A stretch of 64,000 nucleotides of DNA, from the NCBI GenBank assembly GCA_963710945.1, contig CAVQCH010000004.1:11774-75773 (forward strand), in the 5' to 3' direction. Below are positions 46,951 through 56,463 of the stretch, piece by piece. The notes beneath the pieces are model-generated. The model made no database searches. It had not been told where the DNA came from and saw nothing but the letters and a program-made list of their open reading frames with translations. Made by a program: the position numbers and the translations under genes. The DNA is from an uncultured Acidobacteriota bacterium. GTDB lineage: Bacteria; Acidobacteriota; Thermoanaerobaculia; UBA5066; Gp7-AA6. Position 1 is the stretch's first letter. Each line of letters opens with the position of its first letter.

Positions 46951-47689
46951 GGCCGCTTCTCCGCCGCCTTCGCGCCGGCGGCGCCCTTGTCGGCTCCCGC
47001 GCGCGGCACTTCTTCCGCCAGGAGGATCAGGATGAGCGCGCTCTTCGAGGCCTCATCCCGCGAGGCCCCGAGGACCAGGGTCTGCGAAAGCGTGACGGGC
47101 ACCGAAGTGCGGTAGAGCGTCCGCATGACGCCCCCCCTCCCGACGGCTGCCCCGACCCGCGCACGAGCTTCGACAGCGTGAAGGACGACAGCAGGAGCTC
47201 GCTGCCGCTGCTCGAGGAACGGATCAGGAACGAGAGCAAGTACTCCGAGCCCAGCAAATAGCGCACCGAGCCGCCCTCGACGCCATGCAGGACCGCGGAG
47301 TCGATGAGCGCGTAGTCGTTGAACTGGAAGAGAGACTTCAGCTTCGCGCCAAGACCGCCGATCTCGCCCGCGATCGAACCAGCGGGAACGTCGGCGCGCG
47401 CCCGGACGAGCTTGACCGCGAAGGAATAAGCCAGCGGCGGCACGTCGAAGGCCGCCAGCACCTTACCGACTTCGGCGAGGTTCTCGGGGCGGTCGGTCAC
47501 GGTCATCGCATTCAGCTTCTGGGTCAGCGTGATCGAGGCGGACTCGGACAGACGCGGCCGGACGAGCAGCGCCGCCTCCTCGACCCGCTTGTACCGGAGG
47601 ATGAAAACGCGCACGGAAGCGTCGTCCGCGGCCCGGAGATCCCGGACGCAGAGCAGGCTCACGGCGAGTACGAGCAGGAGCTTTCTCAT
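46947..47689 (-). CDS. Secreted protein with a secretin-N (NolW-like) domain; frameshift near 47130
   Basis: Signal peptide; VRVFILRYK...NAMTVTDRPENL...AAFDVPP; shifted C-terminus YRTSVPVTLSQTLVLGASR ends with a TGA overlapping the gspF ATG. Confidence 0.6.
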
Positions 47690-47747
47690 CGGAATGGCAA
47701 TCCCCGGCCCCGACGGGGCCCGGCCCGGGCGGCGACGCCGGCCACGG

Positions 47748-48290
47748 CTAGATATCGAGCCCCCGATCCACGATCCAGACGACGCGCGGCTCGCCCTGAC
47801 CCGCCCCCGGATTCAGGTCGTACACGGTCGCCTCCGAGGACGGCGCCGCGGCTTCCGCGGGCGCGGCCGCCGGGGCGAGCTCTCCGATCAAGGCCGCCGG
47901 AGCGGCCGGGATCGGCGTGATCCGCGCGGCCACGGCCGGCGCGGGGCGCGAGGTCCACTCGGGACCGGACAGGACGAGAAGGCCCACCACCGCCGCCGCA
48001 GCCACCCCCGCGAAGCGCCGGCGGGAACCCGCGCCGATCCGGCGCTCGGTCTCGATCAGGCTCACCCCCGTGCGCACGGCCGACAGGATCGCGGCCGCCT
48101 CTTCGGGAGCGACGGCCTCGGTCGGGGTCGGGAGGGCGAAGATCAGGGAAGCGTCGCGCGACGCCGCGGCCTCGCGGCACGCGTCGCAGGCCGCGAGGTG
48201 CTCGCGCAGCATCCGGCGCTGCGGCGCCGGCAGCGCGTCGCCGAGGTACTCCTCGAAGCTCTCGCGCACGATCGGGCAGAGCGCGCTCAC
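47748..48290 (-). CDS. zf-HC2 anti-sigma factor
   Basis: C..VRESFEEYLGD...HLAACDAC (HxxxCxxC), one TM; GTGA overlap with the sigma gene. Confidence 0.88.
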   Translation of the reverse strand: MSALCPIVRESFEEYLGDALPAPQRRMLREHLAACDACREAAASRDASLIFALPTPTEAVAPEEAAAILSAVRTGVSLIETERRIGAGSRRRFAGVAAAAVVGLLVLSGPEWTSRPAPAVAARITPIPAAPAALIGELAPAAAPAEAAAPSSEATVYDLNPGAGQGEPRVVWIVDRGLDI

Positions 48291-48913
48291 GAGAGCGTCC
48301 TCCCCCGCAGGAACTCCGGGTAGAGCCGCGCAATCTCGCGGCGCAGGATGCGGCGGGCGTTGAAGAGGTGGTTGCGCACGGTGGACTCGCCGCAGCCCAG
48401 GATCTCGGCGATGTCCCGGGTGTCGCAGTCCTCCATCTCGCGCAGGACGAAGGCGGCCTTCTGCTTGGTCGAGAGCTTGTCCGAGACGATCTCGAAGAGC
48501 CGGGACAGCTCGCGGTCCTCGGCTGTGCGCGTGGCGCCGGCGGCCGTGGACTCCTCGCGCTCGCGCACGAGGTGAAGCGTCGCGCCGTGGGCCTTCTCGC
48601 GGCTGCGCGCCGAGCGCAGGAAGTCGATCGAGAGGTTCGTCGCGATCCGGTAGAGCCAGGTGTTGAGCGAGAAGCGCTCGTCGTACCGGTGGATTTCCTT
48701 CCAGACGCGGAGAAACACCATCTGGGCGACGTCCCGGGCGTCCTCGGCGTTGCCGACGATGCGCCGGGAGAGCGAGACCACGGCCGGGGTCTTGCGCGAA
48801 ACCAGCGTCTCGAAGGCGAGCATGTCGCCCCCCCGGGCCCGGATGGCCAGGTCGCGGTCGGGGAGCTCGAGAACCCCCTGCCGTTCGAGTCGTTCGCTGT
48901 AGACGAGTTCCAT
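48287..48913 (-). CDS. ECF RNA polymerase sigma-70 factor
   Basis: DARDVAQMVF, WLYRIATNLSIDFLR, FVLREME...IAEILG...TVRNHLFNAR. Confidence 0.93.
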   Translation of the reverse strand: MELVYSERLERQGVLELPDRDLAIRARGGDMLAFETLVSRKTPAVVSLSRRIVGNAEDARDVAQMVFLRVWKEIHRYDERFSLNTWLYRIATNLSIDFLRSARSREKAHGATLHLVREREESTAAGATRTAEDRELSRLFEIVSDKLSTKQKAAFVLREMEDCDTRDIAEILGCGESTVRNHLFNARRILRREIARLYPEFLRGRTLS

Positions 48914-48942
48914 GGTGCCCGAGAGGTCTCCTCCTGCGGGTT

Positions 48943-48968
48943 ATACGGATCTGGCCCCTGCACCGTTG
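48943..48968 (-). promoter_or_regulatory. Candidate ECF-sigma promoter (autoregulatory)
   Basis: Minus strand CAAC-N17-CGTAT upstream of the ECF gene matches the generic ECF AAC/CGT consensus. Confidence 0.5.
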
Positions 48969-49062
48969 AGGCTTTCGGCCGCAACCTAAGCCATTGAATC
49001 TTAAATCTTTGGGCGCCTTCGAGCAAGCAAAGGGGCCTCCGGTCGGAGATAATCGCCGCGCT

Positions 49063-50346
49063 TTGCTCCTCTACCGCGCCCTGTTTGCCGCGGGGCTCAT
49101 CGCCTACGCCCCTTACGCCCTGCTGCGATCGGTGGCCGGGAGGCGCCGTCTCGGGGACGTCCGCGGCCGCCTCGGGCGCGGCTCGTACCCGGACCTCGCG
49201 GGCGGAATCTGGCTTCATGCGGTCTCGGTGGGCGAGATCGGAGTCGCCCGCAACCTCATCGCGGCGCTGTCGCGGGCGCAGCCGGCCTGCCGGATCGGCG
49301 TCTCGGTGACGACGGCCGCCGGGCGCGAGCTCGCGCTGCGCGCGCTGCCGCGGGAAACGTCCCCGTTCGCCTTCCCCTTCGACCTCCAGGGCCCCATCGA
49401 GCGGGCGCTCGCGGCCACGCGGCCCGGCCTCATCCTTCTGACGGAGACCGAGATCTGGCCGCTCTTCCTGGATCGCGCGGCGCGCCGCGGCATCCCCGTC
49501 GCCCTCGTCAACGGGCGGCTATCGGAGCGCTCGTTCCGAAGGTACTGCCTCGTGCGCGGTTTTCTCGCCGGCGTTCTCGAAAGGATCTCTCTCTTCGCGA
49601 TGCAGTCGGAGGAAGACGCGCGCCGCGCCCGCGAGCTCGGCGCGCCGGCCGGGCGCGTGCGCGTGACGGGCAACATCAAGTACGACCTGCCGGCGGCCCC
49701 GCCGTTTCCGGACGCCGCGCGCCTGCGCGCGGCCGCTGCCGGACGCCCGATCCTGGTGGCCGGTTCGACGTCGGACGACGAGGAGCCGATGGTGCTCGAC
49801 GCCTGCGTGCGGCTCGATCCGCGGCCGCTGCTCGTTCTCGCGCCCCGCCGCCCCGAGCGGTTCGACACGGTCGCACACCTTTGCGAATCCCGCGGCCTGA
49901 GAGTCCTCCGCCGCTCGCATCCCGGATCCGGCATCGCGGATCCCGCCCCGGCCTCCGACGTCTACCTGCTCGACTCCATCGGCGAGCTCGCCTCGATCTA
50001 CGGCGAGGCGGCGCTCGCGTTCGTCGGCGGCAGCCTGGTCGCGCGCGGCGGCCAGAACCCCATCGAGGCGTGGGCTGCCGGCGTGCCCGTGCTCGCCGGA
50101 CCGCACATGGAAAACTTCCGCGACGTCGCCGCGGCCGGCGAGGAGCGCGGCATCCTCGAGCGCGCCGCCGACGTCCCCGCGCTCTCCGGCGCGATCGCCG
50201 CGGCCCTCGCGGCGCCCGCCAGGACGCGCGCTCGCGGCGAGGGGGCCGGGCGCTTCGTGGCCGAAAGCCGCGGGGCGGCCGATCGCACGGCCGAGGCGGT
50301 GCTGGCGCTCCTGCCGGCCGGGGCCGCGCGGGCGGGGGCGCGGTGA
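49063..50346 (+). CDS. waaA: Kdo transferase
   Basis: IWLHAVSVGE, ETEIWP, NGRLSERS, TGNIKYD, AGST, LAPRRPER, DSIGEL, FVGGSL, GGQNPIE. Confidence 0.95.
   Translation: MLLYRALFAAGLIAYAPYALLRSVAGRRRLGDVRGRLGRGSYPDLAGGIWLHAVSVGEIGVARNLIAALSRAQPACRIGVSVTTAAGRELALRALPRETSPFAFPFDLQGPIERALAATRPGLILLTETEIWPLFLDRAARRGIPVALVNGRLSERSFRRYCLVRGFLAGVLERISLFAMQSEEDARRARELGAPAGRVRVTGNIKYDLPAAPPFPDAARLRAAAAGRPILVAGSTSDDEEPMVLDACVRLDPRPLLVLAPRRPERFDTVAHLCESRGLRVLRRSHPGSGIADPAPASDVYLLDSIGELASIYGEAALAFVGGSLVARGGQNPIEAWAAGVPVLAGPHMENFRDVAAAGEERGILERAADVPALSGAIAAALAAPARTRARGEGAGRFVAESRGAADRTAEAVLALLPAGAARAGAR
49919..49946 (+). repeat. Degenerate heptamer run inside waaA
   Basis: ATCCCGG-ATCCGGC-ATCGCGG-ATCCCGC, encoding HPGSGIADP. 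Confidence 0.5.
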
Positions 50347-51365
50347 TCTCTCCCCTTTCCGCCCTCTACGAGAAGGCGGTCTCTCTGCGCGCGGGCCTCT
50401 ACGCGTCCGGCCGCTTCGCGTCGCGGCCGCTTCCCCGCCCCTCGATCTCCGTCGGCAATCTGACTTTCGGCGGCACGGGCAAGACGCCCTTCGTCGAGTT
50501 TCTCGCGCGGCGGCTCCGGTTCGAGGGCTGGCGCCCGGCGATCCTTTCCCGCGGATACGGCCGCGAGTCGCGGGGCGTCGTCGTCGTCGGCGCCGGAGAC
50601 GGCGCTCTCGTGACTCCCGAGCAGGGCGGCGACGAGCCCGTGGCCATGGCCCGCGCGTTGTCCGGCGTCCTCGTCGTCGTCGGCGAGCGCCGCGCCGACG
50701 CGGCCCGCCGCGCCGCCGATCTCGGGGCCGACTTGCTCATCCTCGACGACGGGTTCCAGCATCTCGCCGTGCGGCGCGACGTGAACCTCCTGCTGCTCGA
50801 TGCGCGGGATCCCTTCGGCGGCGGCCGGCTGCCGCCCTCGGGCCGGCTGCGCGAGCCGATCGCGGCCGCCCGCCGCGCCGACGCCTTCGTCTTCACGCGC
50901 GTGGACCGCGCCGCGCCGCACCCCGCCGTCATCGAGGCGCTCGGGCGGATCCACCCGGACGCGCCGGTGTTCCACGCGCGGATCCGCCCCGCCGACCTGC
51001 GCGACGAGAGCGGGTCCCCGATCGGGACCGAGGCCCTGTCGGAGCGCCGCCACGTCGCCGTCTGCGGCGTGGCCAATCCGGCGGAATTCGCGGCCACGCT
51101 CGCCGAGATGGGGCTCGCGCCCGAGGAGCGCCTCGTCTTTCGCGACCACCAGAGGTACGGCCCGAGGCAAATCGCCCGGATCCGCGAGACCGCGGAGCGC
51201 GCGGGCGCGAGCTTCGTCGTCACGACGGAGAAGGACGCCGTCAAGCTCGCGGGCAGGCTGCCGATTCCCGTCGTCACGGTCCGCCTCTCCGTGGAGGTGG
51301 CGGAGTCCGGCTTCTTCGCGTTTCTCGCCGCGCGCCTGCCCCCGGGAGGGCCGGGGAGGCGGTGA
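50343..51365 (+). CDS. lpxK: Tetraacyldisaccharide 4'-kinase
   Basis: SVGNLTFGGTGKTP, LSRGYG, GDEP, LDDGFQH, GRLRE, FRDH, TTEKDAVK. Confidence 0.96.
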   Translation: MISPLSALYEKAVSLRAGLYASGRFASRPLPRPSISVGNLTFGGTGKTPFVEFLARRLRFEGWRPAILSRGYGRESRGVVVVGAGDGALVTPEQGGDEPVAMARALSGVLVVVGERRADAARRAADLGADLLILDDGFQHLAVRRDVNLLLLDARDPFGGGRLPPSGRLREPIAAARRADAFVFTRVDRAAPHPAVIEALGRIHPDAPVFHARIRPADLRDESGSPIGTEALSERRHVAVCGVANPAEFAATLAEMGLAPEERLVFRDHQRYGPRQIARIRETAERAGASFVVTTEKDAVKLAGRLPIPVVTVRLSVEVAESGFFAFLAARLPPGGPGRR

Positions 51366-52279
51366 GCCGGAATCGAGGGGCGGCGCGCGATTTTCTCGAG
51401 CTCGCGATGTTCCGGGCGGGCGCGGGTCTGCTCGCGCTCCTGCCGGAGGCGTCGGCGGCGCGGCTCGGGGGGGCGCTCGTGCGCCTCTATCTCCGGTTCG
51501 CCGGCTCCCGCCGCCGGATCCTCCGCGACAACCTGCGGGCCGCGTTTCCCGAGAAGGACGCGGCGGAGATCGACCGGCTCGCGCGCGCCTCCGCGGACGC
51601 GCTCGGCCGGGCGTTCGTGGAGTTTCTCGGAATCTCCGCGATGCCGGCCGAGGGCCTCCAGTCCCGCGTCCGCGTCGTCGGCGAGGAGCACCTGCGCGAC
51701 GCCCTCGCCCGGGAGCGGGGCGTCCTCTTTCTCTCGGCCCACTTCGGGGGCTGGGAGCTCGGCGCGCTGCGCGCGAGCTTTCTCGGCGTGCCGGTCTCCG
51801 TGGTGGTGCGGCCGCTCGACAACACGCGGCTCGAGGCCGAGCTTGCGCGGCGCCGCACGCAGTTCGGCAATCGCCTCACGCCCAAGCAGGATGCCGCGCG
51901 GGACATCCTGCGCGCTCTCGCGCGGCGCGAGATCGTGATCATCCTCATCGACCAGAACGTGCTGCCGGCCGAGGGCGTCTTCGTACCGTTCTTCGGAAGG
52001 CTGGCGGCGACGACTCCCTCGCTCGCGCTCTTCCAGCTCAAGACCGGCGCCGCCGTGCTGCCCGTGTTCGTGTGGCCGGAAGGCGACGGCCGGTATCGCG
52101 CCGAGTTCGAAAAGCCGATCTTCGCCGAGGAGTTCGCGTCGTTCGATCGGATCGAGGCCGTGCGGCGCGCGACCGCGCGGTACATGGAGGTCACCGAGGC
52201 GGCCGTGCGCCGGATGCCCGAAGCGTGGCTCTGGCTGCACAACCGCTGGCGGACGCGGCCCCGGGACGCGAACCCGTGA
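51362..52279 (+). CDS. lpxL: Lipid A late acyltransferase (LpxL/HtrB family)
   Basis: SAHFGGWE, ILIDQ, VPFFG, PEAWLWLHNRWR. Confidence 0.88.
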   Translation: MSRNRGAARDFLELAMFRAGAGLLALLPEASAARLGGALVRLYLRFAGSRRRILRDNLRAAFPEKDAAEIDRLARASADALGRAFVEFLGISAMPAEGLQSRVRVVGEEHLRDALARERGVLFLSAHFGGWELGALRASFLGVPVSVVVRPLDNTRLEAELARRRTQFGNRLTPKQDAARDILRALARREIVIILIDQNVLPAEGVFVPFFGRLAATTPSLALFQLKTGAAVLPVFVWPEGDGRYRAEFEKPIFAEEFASFDRIEAVRRATARYMEVTEAAVRRMPEAWLWLHNRWRTRPRDANP

Positions 52280-53262
52280 ATCGCCTGATCGTCGCGCCGA
52301 ACTGGATCGGCGACGCGGTGATGTCCCTGCCGCTCGTCCGCGCCCTGAAGCGCGCGCGGCCGGGCGATCGCATCGGCGTGCTCGCCCGGCGCGGCCCGGC
52401 GGCGATCTATCGCGCGGACGGCGCCGTCGACGCGGTCGTCCCGCACGGCGCGTTCGTCGCCGACGCGCTGGCCGTCCGGGCCGGCCGGTTCGACGAGGCG
52501 TGGCTCCTGCCGAACTCCTTTCGCGCGGCCCTGATCGCGTTCGCCGCCGGCGTGCCCGAGCGCGTCGGCTACGCGACGGAGGGGCGCGGATTCCTCCTGA
52601 CCCGCGCGCTGCCGCCGCCGCCCGGGACCGGCCACCAGCTGCGCGACTACGACGCGCTCCTCGAGGCGCGCGGCATCGCGCCGGACGCCGGCGCGCCGCG
52701 GCTCGATCTGCCCGATGCCGCCCGCCACCGCGCCGCCGCGGCGCTCGCCGCCGCAGGGATCGACGGCGACGCGCCCCTGGCCGTGCTCGCGCCCGGAAGC
52801 GCCTTCGCGACCACCAAGCGCTGGCCGGCCGAGCGCTACGCCGCGCTCGTGGACGCGTTGTCGCAGCGCGGATTCGCCTGCGCGGTTCTCGTCGGTCCCG
52901 GGGAGACCGAGCTCGGCGCGCGCGTCGCGGAGGGATCCCGCCGGCGGCCGGCCGTCGTCGGCGCCGACCTCGACCCGGTCGAGCTCGCGGCGGTGATCGC
53001 CCGGGCGCGCGTCGCGATCACGAACGACTCGGGCCCCATGCATCTGGCTGGCGCCGTCGGCACGCCCGTCGTCGCGTTCTTCGGGGCCACCGATCCCGGG
53101 CGCACCGGGCCGGCCGGCTCGCCCTCGCGCGTGCTCGATCGCTACGTCTTCTGCTCGCCGTGCTTCAAGACGGATTGCCCCTTCGGGCACGAGTGCATGC
53201 GGGAGATTTCGGTGGAGGCTGCCTTGAACGCCGCGATGGAGCTGACGGGGGGCGGAACCTAG
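52276..53262 (+). CDS. waaF: LPS heptosyltransferase II (GT9)
   Basis: [40 protein letters not shown]. Confidence 0.92.
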   Translation: MNRLIVAPNWIGDAVMSLPLVRALKRARPGDRIGVLARRGPAAIYRADGAVDAVVPHGAFVADALAVRAGRFDEAWLLPNSFRAALIAFAAGVPERVGYATEGRGFLLTRALPPPPGTGHQLRDYDALLEARGIAPDAGAPRLDLPDAARHRAAAALAAAGIDGDAPLAVLAPGSAFATTKRWPAERYAALVDALSQRGFACAVLVGPGETELGARVAEGSRRRPAVVGADLDPVELAAVIARARVAITNDSGPMHLAGAVGTPVVAFFGATDPGRTGPAGSPSRVLDRYVFCSPCFKTDCPFGHECMREISVEAALNAAMELTGGGT

Positions 53263-53284
53263 GCGCCGGCGCGACGATTGCGGG

Positions 53285-53307
53285 ATCCCTCGCTACGCTC
53301 GGGATGA
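53285..53307. repeat. REP-like 23-bp element, copy 2 (between convergent waaF and HNH)
   Basis: ATCCCTCGCTACGCTCGGGATGA, identical to 34733-34755. Confidence 0.75.
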
Positions 53308-53329
53308 AATGACGCGGCCTGCGGCCGCG

Positions 53330-53911
53330 TCATTTCAATTCGGTGTTCCAGTACGCCACGTCCACGAAGTTGCGCCACGCGGGGTGAAGGCGGCTCGAGC
53401 CGAACTGGCCCACGGGATGCCACCGCGGCTTGCGCGGCGGCGTGATCAGCCTCATCGCGGCCTCGTGCGGCGTGCGGTTGCCCTTGGCCACGTTGCACGA
53501 CAGGCACGCGCAGACGACGTTCTCCCAGGAGGAACTTCCCCCGCGCGACAGCGGGATGACGTGGTCGAGCGACAGGTCCGCCGAGGGGAACTTGTGCCCG
53601 CAGTACTGGCAGCGATTGCCGTCGCGCAGGTAGATGTTGTGGCGGGAGAACTTCACGTCCTGGCGCGGCAGGCGGTCGAAATCCTTGAGCGCGACGACCC
53701 GGGGCACCCGGATCGCCATGGATGGCGTGAGGACGACCTCGTCCTGCGGCTGCACGGGGATGTCGCACCAGTTCTCGAACTCGTAGGTCGTGTAATCCGG
53801 CAGGACCGCCTTGACGTGGCCCTTGTAGAACAGAGAAAAAGCCTTCCTCACGGACGTCACCTGGACGGCCTGGAAGACCCGATTCAGCACGAGGACCTGA
53901 GAGTCGAGCAT
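53330..53911 (-). CDS. HNH endonuclease (McrA-like, VLVLN N-terminus)
   Basis: VLVLN; [10 protein letters not shown]; [11 protein letters not shown]; [15 protein letters not shown]. Confidence 0.92.
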   Translation of the reverse strand: MLDSQVLVLNRVFQAVQVTSVRKAFSLFYKGHVKAVLPDYTTYEFENWCDIPVQPQDEVVLTPSMAIRVPRVVALKDFDRLPRQDVKFSRHNIYLRDGNRCQYCGHKFPSADLSLDHVIPLSRGGSSSWENVVCACLSCNVAKGNRTPHEAAMRLITPPRKPRWHPVGQFGSSRLHPAWRNFVDVAYWNTELK

Positions 53912-53932
53912 GGGTCGTTATCCGGGGCGCTC

Positions 53933-53940
53933 ATTATAAT
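53933..53940. promoter_or_regulatory. Palindromic, possibly bidirectional -10 box
   Basis: ATTATAAT gives TATAAT on both strands in the 37-bp gap between divergent HNH and rfaE1. Confidence 0.55.
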
Positions 53941-53948
53941 CCGCGGCC

Positions 53949-54971
53949 GTGCCCTTCCCCGTCTCCCGACAGCGCCTGATCGACCTCGTCGACCGCTTCG
54001 CCGGCCGCCGCCTGGTCGTCGCCGGGGACTTCGTGCTCGACCGTTTCGTCTTCGGCCACCCGAAGCGGGTCAGCCGCGAGGCCCCCGTGCTGATCCTGAG
54101 CTTCTGGAAGGAAGAGAACCTCCCGGGGGGCGCCGGCAACACCGCGGCCAACGTGCGCGCCCTCGGCGGCGTCCCGCTTCCGGTCGGCGCGGTCGGAACC
54201 GATCCGGCGGGCCAGGCCCTGCGCGACGCGTTCCGCGCGCGGGGCATCGCAACCGACGGGCTGGCCGAGGCGGCGGGATATCGCACGCCGACCAAGACGC
54301 GCATCCTCGCCGGCGCCGCCCATTCGATCAAGCAGCAGATCGTCCGCTACGACGTCGAGGACGTGCTCTCGCCGGAGGCCGTGCGCGCCGCCGGCCTCGC
54401 GTCGCGCCTTGCCGCCGCCGCCGCGGGAGCCGACGGCGCGATCCTCTCCGACTACGGCTACGGCGCGATCTCGCCCGGGGCCGTGCCCGCGTTGCGCGCG
54501 ACGCTGCCCGAGGGCGCGCGTATCTCGGTGGACTCGCGCCACCGCCTTCCGGAGTACTCGGGCGTGGACGCCGCGACTCCCAACGAGGAGGAGCTCGAGG
54601 AGTGCGCGGGACGAGCGCTCGACGATTCGGAAAGCGCCTTCGATGCCGCGGCCGAGGCGTTGCGCGGCCGCATCGGGTGCCCGTGCCTGCTCGTCACGCG
54701 CGGCTCGCGGGGCATCGCGCTCTTCGGCCCGGACGGAAAGCCGCAGCGGATCCCCGTGCACGGCACCGACCAGGTCGCCGACGTCACCGGCGCCGGGGAC
54801 ACCGTCCTCGCGACCTTTGCGCTCGCCCTCGCGGCCGGCGCCTCGCCGCTCGAGGCCGCCCTGCTCGCCAACTTCGCGGGCGGCGTCGTCGTCATGAAGA
54901 TGGGCACCGCCGTCGCGACGCCGCGGGAGCTTCAGGCCGCCGTCGAATCGGATCGCGCCCTCCTGTCGTGA
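53949..54971 (+). CDS. rfaE1: D-glycero-beta-D-manno-heptose-7-phosphate kinase (HldE kinase domain, PfkB family)
   Basis: [45 protein letters not shown]. Confidence 0.92.
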   Translation: MPFPVSRQRLIDLVDRFAGRRLVVAGDFVLDRFVFGHPKRVSREAPVLILSFWKEENLPGGAGNTAANVRALGGVPLPVGAVGTDPAGQALRDAFRARGIATDGLAEAAGYRTPTKTRILAGAAHSIKQQIVRYDVEDVLSPEAVRAAGLASRLAAAAAGADGAILSDYGYGAISPGAVPALRATLPEGARISVDSRHRLPEYSGVDAATPNEEELEECAGRALDDSESAFDAAAEALRGRIGCPCLLVTRGSRGIALFGPDGKPQRIPVHGTDQVADVTGAGDTVLATFALALAAGASPLEAALLANFAGGVVVMKMGTAVATPRELQAAVESDRALLS

Positions 54972-55444
54972 CGCGCGCGAAGATCCTCTCCGGCGCCGAG
55001 CTCGTCGAGGCGGCCGCGGGCGCGCGCGCCGCCGGCAAGAAGATCGTCCTCGCCAACGGCGCCTTCGATCTGCTGCACGTCGGGCACGTCCGTTACCTCG
55101 AGGCCGCCCGCCGCGAGGGCGACTGGCTGGCAGCCGCGGTCAATTCGGACCGCTCGGTCGCGCGCGCGAAGGGCCCCGGGCGGCCGATCCTCCCCGAGTC
55201 CGAGCGCGCCGAGATCGTGGCGGCGCTCGCGTGCGTCGACGCGGTCGCCGTGTTCGAGGAGGACTCCCCGGCCGCGCTGATCGCCGCGATCCGCCCCGAC
55301 GTCCACGCCAAGGGCACCGACTACACAGCCGCGTCCGTACCCGAGCGGGAAACGGTCGCCGCTTACGGCGGACGCACCGTGATCGTGGGCGACTCGAAGG
55401 ACCATGCGACCTCCGACCTGATCGAACGGATCCGCGGCGGGTGA
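54968..55444 (+). CDS. rfaE2: D-glycero-beta-D-manno-heptose-1-phosphate adenylyltransferase
   Basis: [33 protein letters not shown]. Confidence 0.93.
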   Translation: MTRAKILSGAELVEAAAGARAAGKKIVLANGAFDLLHVGHVRYLEAARREGDWLAAAVNSDRSVARAKGPGRPILPESERAEIVAALACVDAVAVFEEDSPAALIAAIRPDVHAKGTDYTAASVPERETVAAYGGRTVIVGDSKDHATSDLIERIRGG

Positions 55445-55457
55445 CGCGCGAGGATCG

Positions 55458-56441
55458 ATGCGCCTGCTGATCGTCCGCCTCTCCGCGATGGGGGACGTGA
55501 TCCACGCGCTGCCCCTGGCCGCGAACGCGCGCGCCGCCGGCGCGACCGTCGGATGGGTGGTCGAGCGGCCGTTCGCGGGATTGCTCGACGGCAACCCGCA
55601 CTGCGCCGAGGTCCTGGTCGCGGACACGAAGGCGTGGCGCCGGCATCCGTTCGCTCCCGGCACGCTGCGCGGCATCGCGAACCTGGGACGGCGGATGCGC
55701 GCGTTCTCGCCCGACGTCACGGTGGACGCGCAGGGACTCTGGAAGTCCGCGGTGATCGCGCGCGCCGCCGGCGCCCCGGTCGCCGGCTTCGCCGCGGGCG
55801 CGCGCCGCGAGCCGTCGTCGGCCGCGCTCTGCGCCATCGCCGTGACGCCGGGGCCCGAAGCGCGCCACGTCGTGGATCGCAATCTCGCCCTGCTGCCCGC
55901 GGTCGGGATCGCCGTCGCGGTCTCGGCGCCCGACGCGCGATACCTCCTCGCCCGGCCGAGCCCCGAGGCCGAGCGCTTCGCCGCGTCGCGGCCGCGCCCC
56001 TTCGCCGTCCTGCACCCGGGCGCCGGGCGCGAAGACAAGTGCTGGGGCGAGGAGCGATTCGCGCGCCTGGCTTCGGCGCTTCGCGAGCGCGGCGTGGATG
56101 CGGTCGTCTCGTGGGGTCCCGGCGACGAGGCGCGCGCGGCGCGACTCGAGGCGCTCGCTCCCGCCGCGACGCGGGCGCCGCGGCTCGACCTGGCGGGCCT
56201 GGCGCGCCTGGCGGACGCGTCGCGCCTCTTCGTCGCGGGCGACACCGGGCCGCTCCACCTCGCCGACGCCGTCGGCGCGCGCACGCTCGCCCTCTTCGGG
56301 CCCACCGACCCCGAGCGCAACGGCCCCTACCGGAAAAGCGGCGCCGTCGTGGCGAACATGCGCGGCGTCTCGGACGAAGATGTGATCCAGCGCGCATTCC
56401 GCGCGCTCGAAGCCGGCCGCCCTTTGACACCCGGGCCGTAA
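55458..56441 (+). CDS. waaC: LPS heptosyltransferase I-like (GT9)
   Basis: LIVRLSAMGDVIHALP, DAQGLWKS, LHPGAG, GDTGPLHLA, LFGPT. Confidence 0.82.
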   Translation: MRLLIVRLSAMGDVIHALPLAANARAAGATVGWVVERPFAGLLDGNPHCAEVLVADTKAWRRHPFAPGTLRGIANLGRRMRAFSPDVTVDAQGLWKSAVIARAAGAPVAGFAAGARREPSSAALCAIAVTPGPEARHVVDRNLALLPAVGIAVAVSAPDARYLLARPSPEAERFAASRPRPFAVLHPGAGREDKCWGEERFARLASALRERGVDAVVSWGPGDEARAARLEALAPAATRAPRLDLAGLARLADASRLFVAGDTGPLHLADAVGARTLALFGPTDPERNGPYRKSGAVVANMRGVSDEDVIQRAFRALEAGRPLTPGP

Positions 56442-56452
56442 ACCCCTACCAT
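56424..56452 (+). promoter_or_regulatory. Sigma70-type promoter for pilB
   Basis: TTGACA (56424-56429), 17-nt spacer, TACCAT (56447-56452), 11 nt before the pilB ATG. Confidence 0.65.
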
Positions 56453-56463
56453 CCTTCACTTAC

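Noticed and set aside
48987-48999. IHF-like or att-like site TAAGCCATTGAAT
   Set aside because: It has one mismatch to the IHF consensus, is single-copy and has no integrase nearby, so support is insufficient.
53330-53911. HNH as a homing endonuclease or mobile element
   Set aside because: There is no intron, terminal repeat or target duplication, and it resembles the widespread stand-alone chromosomal HNH family.
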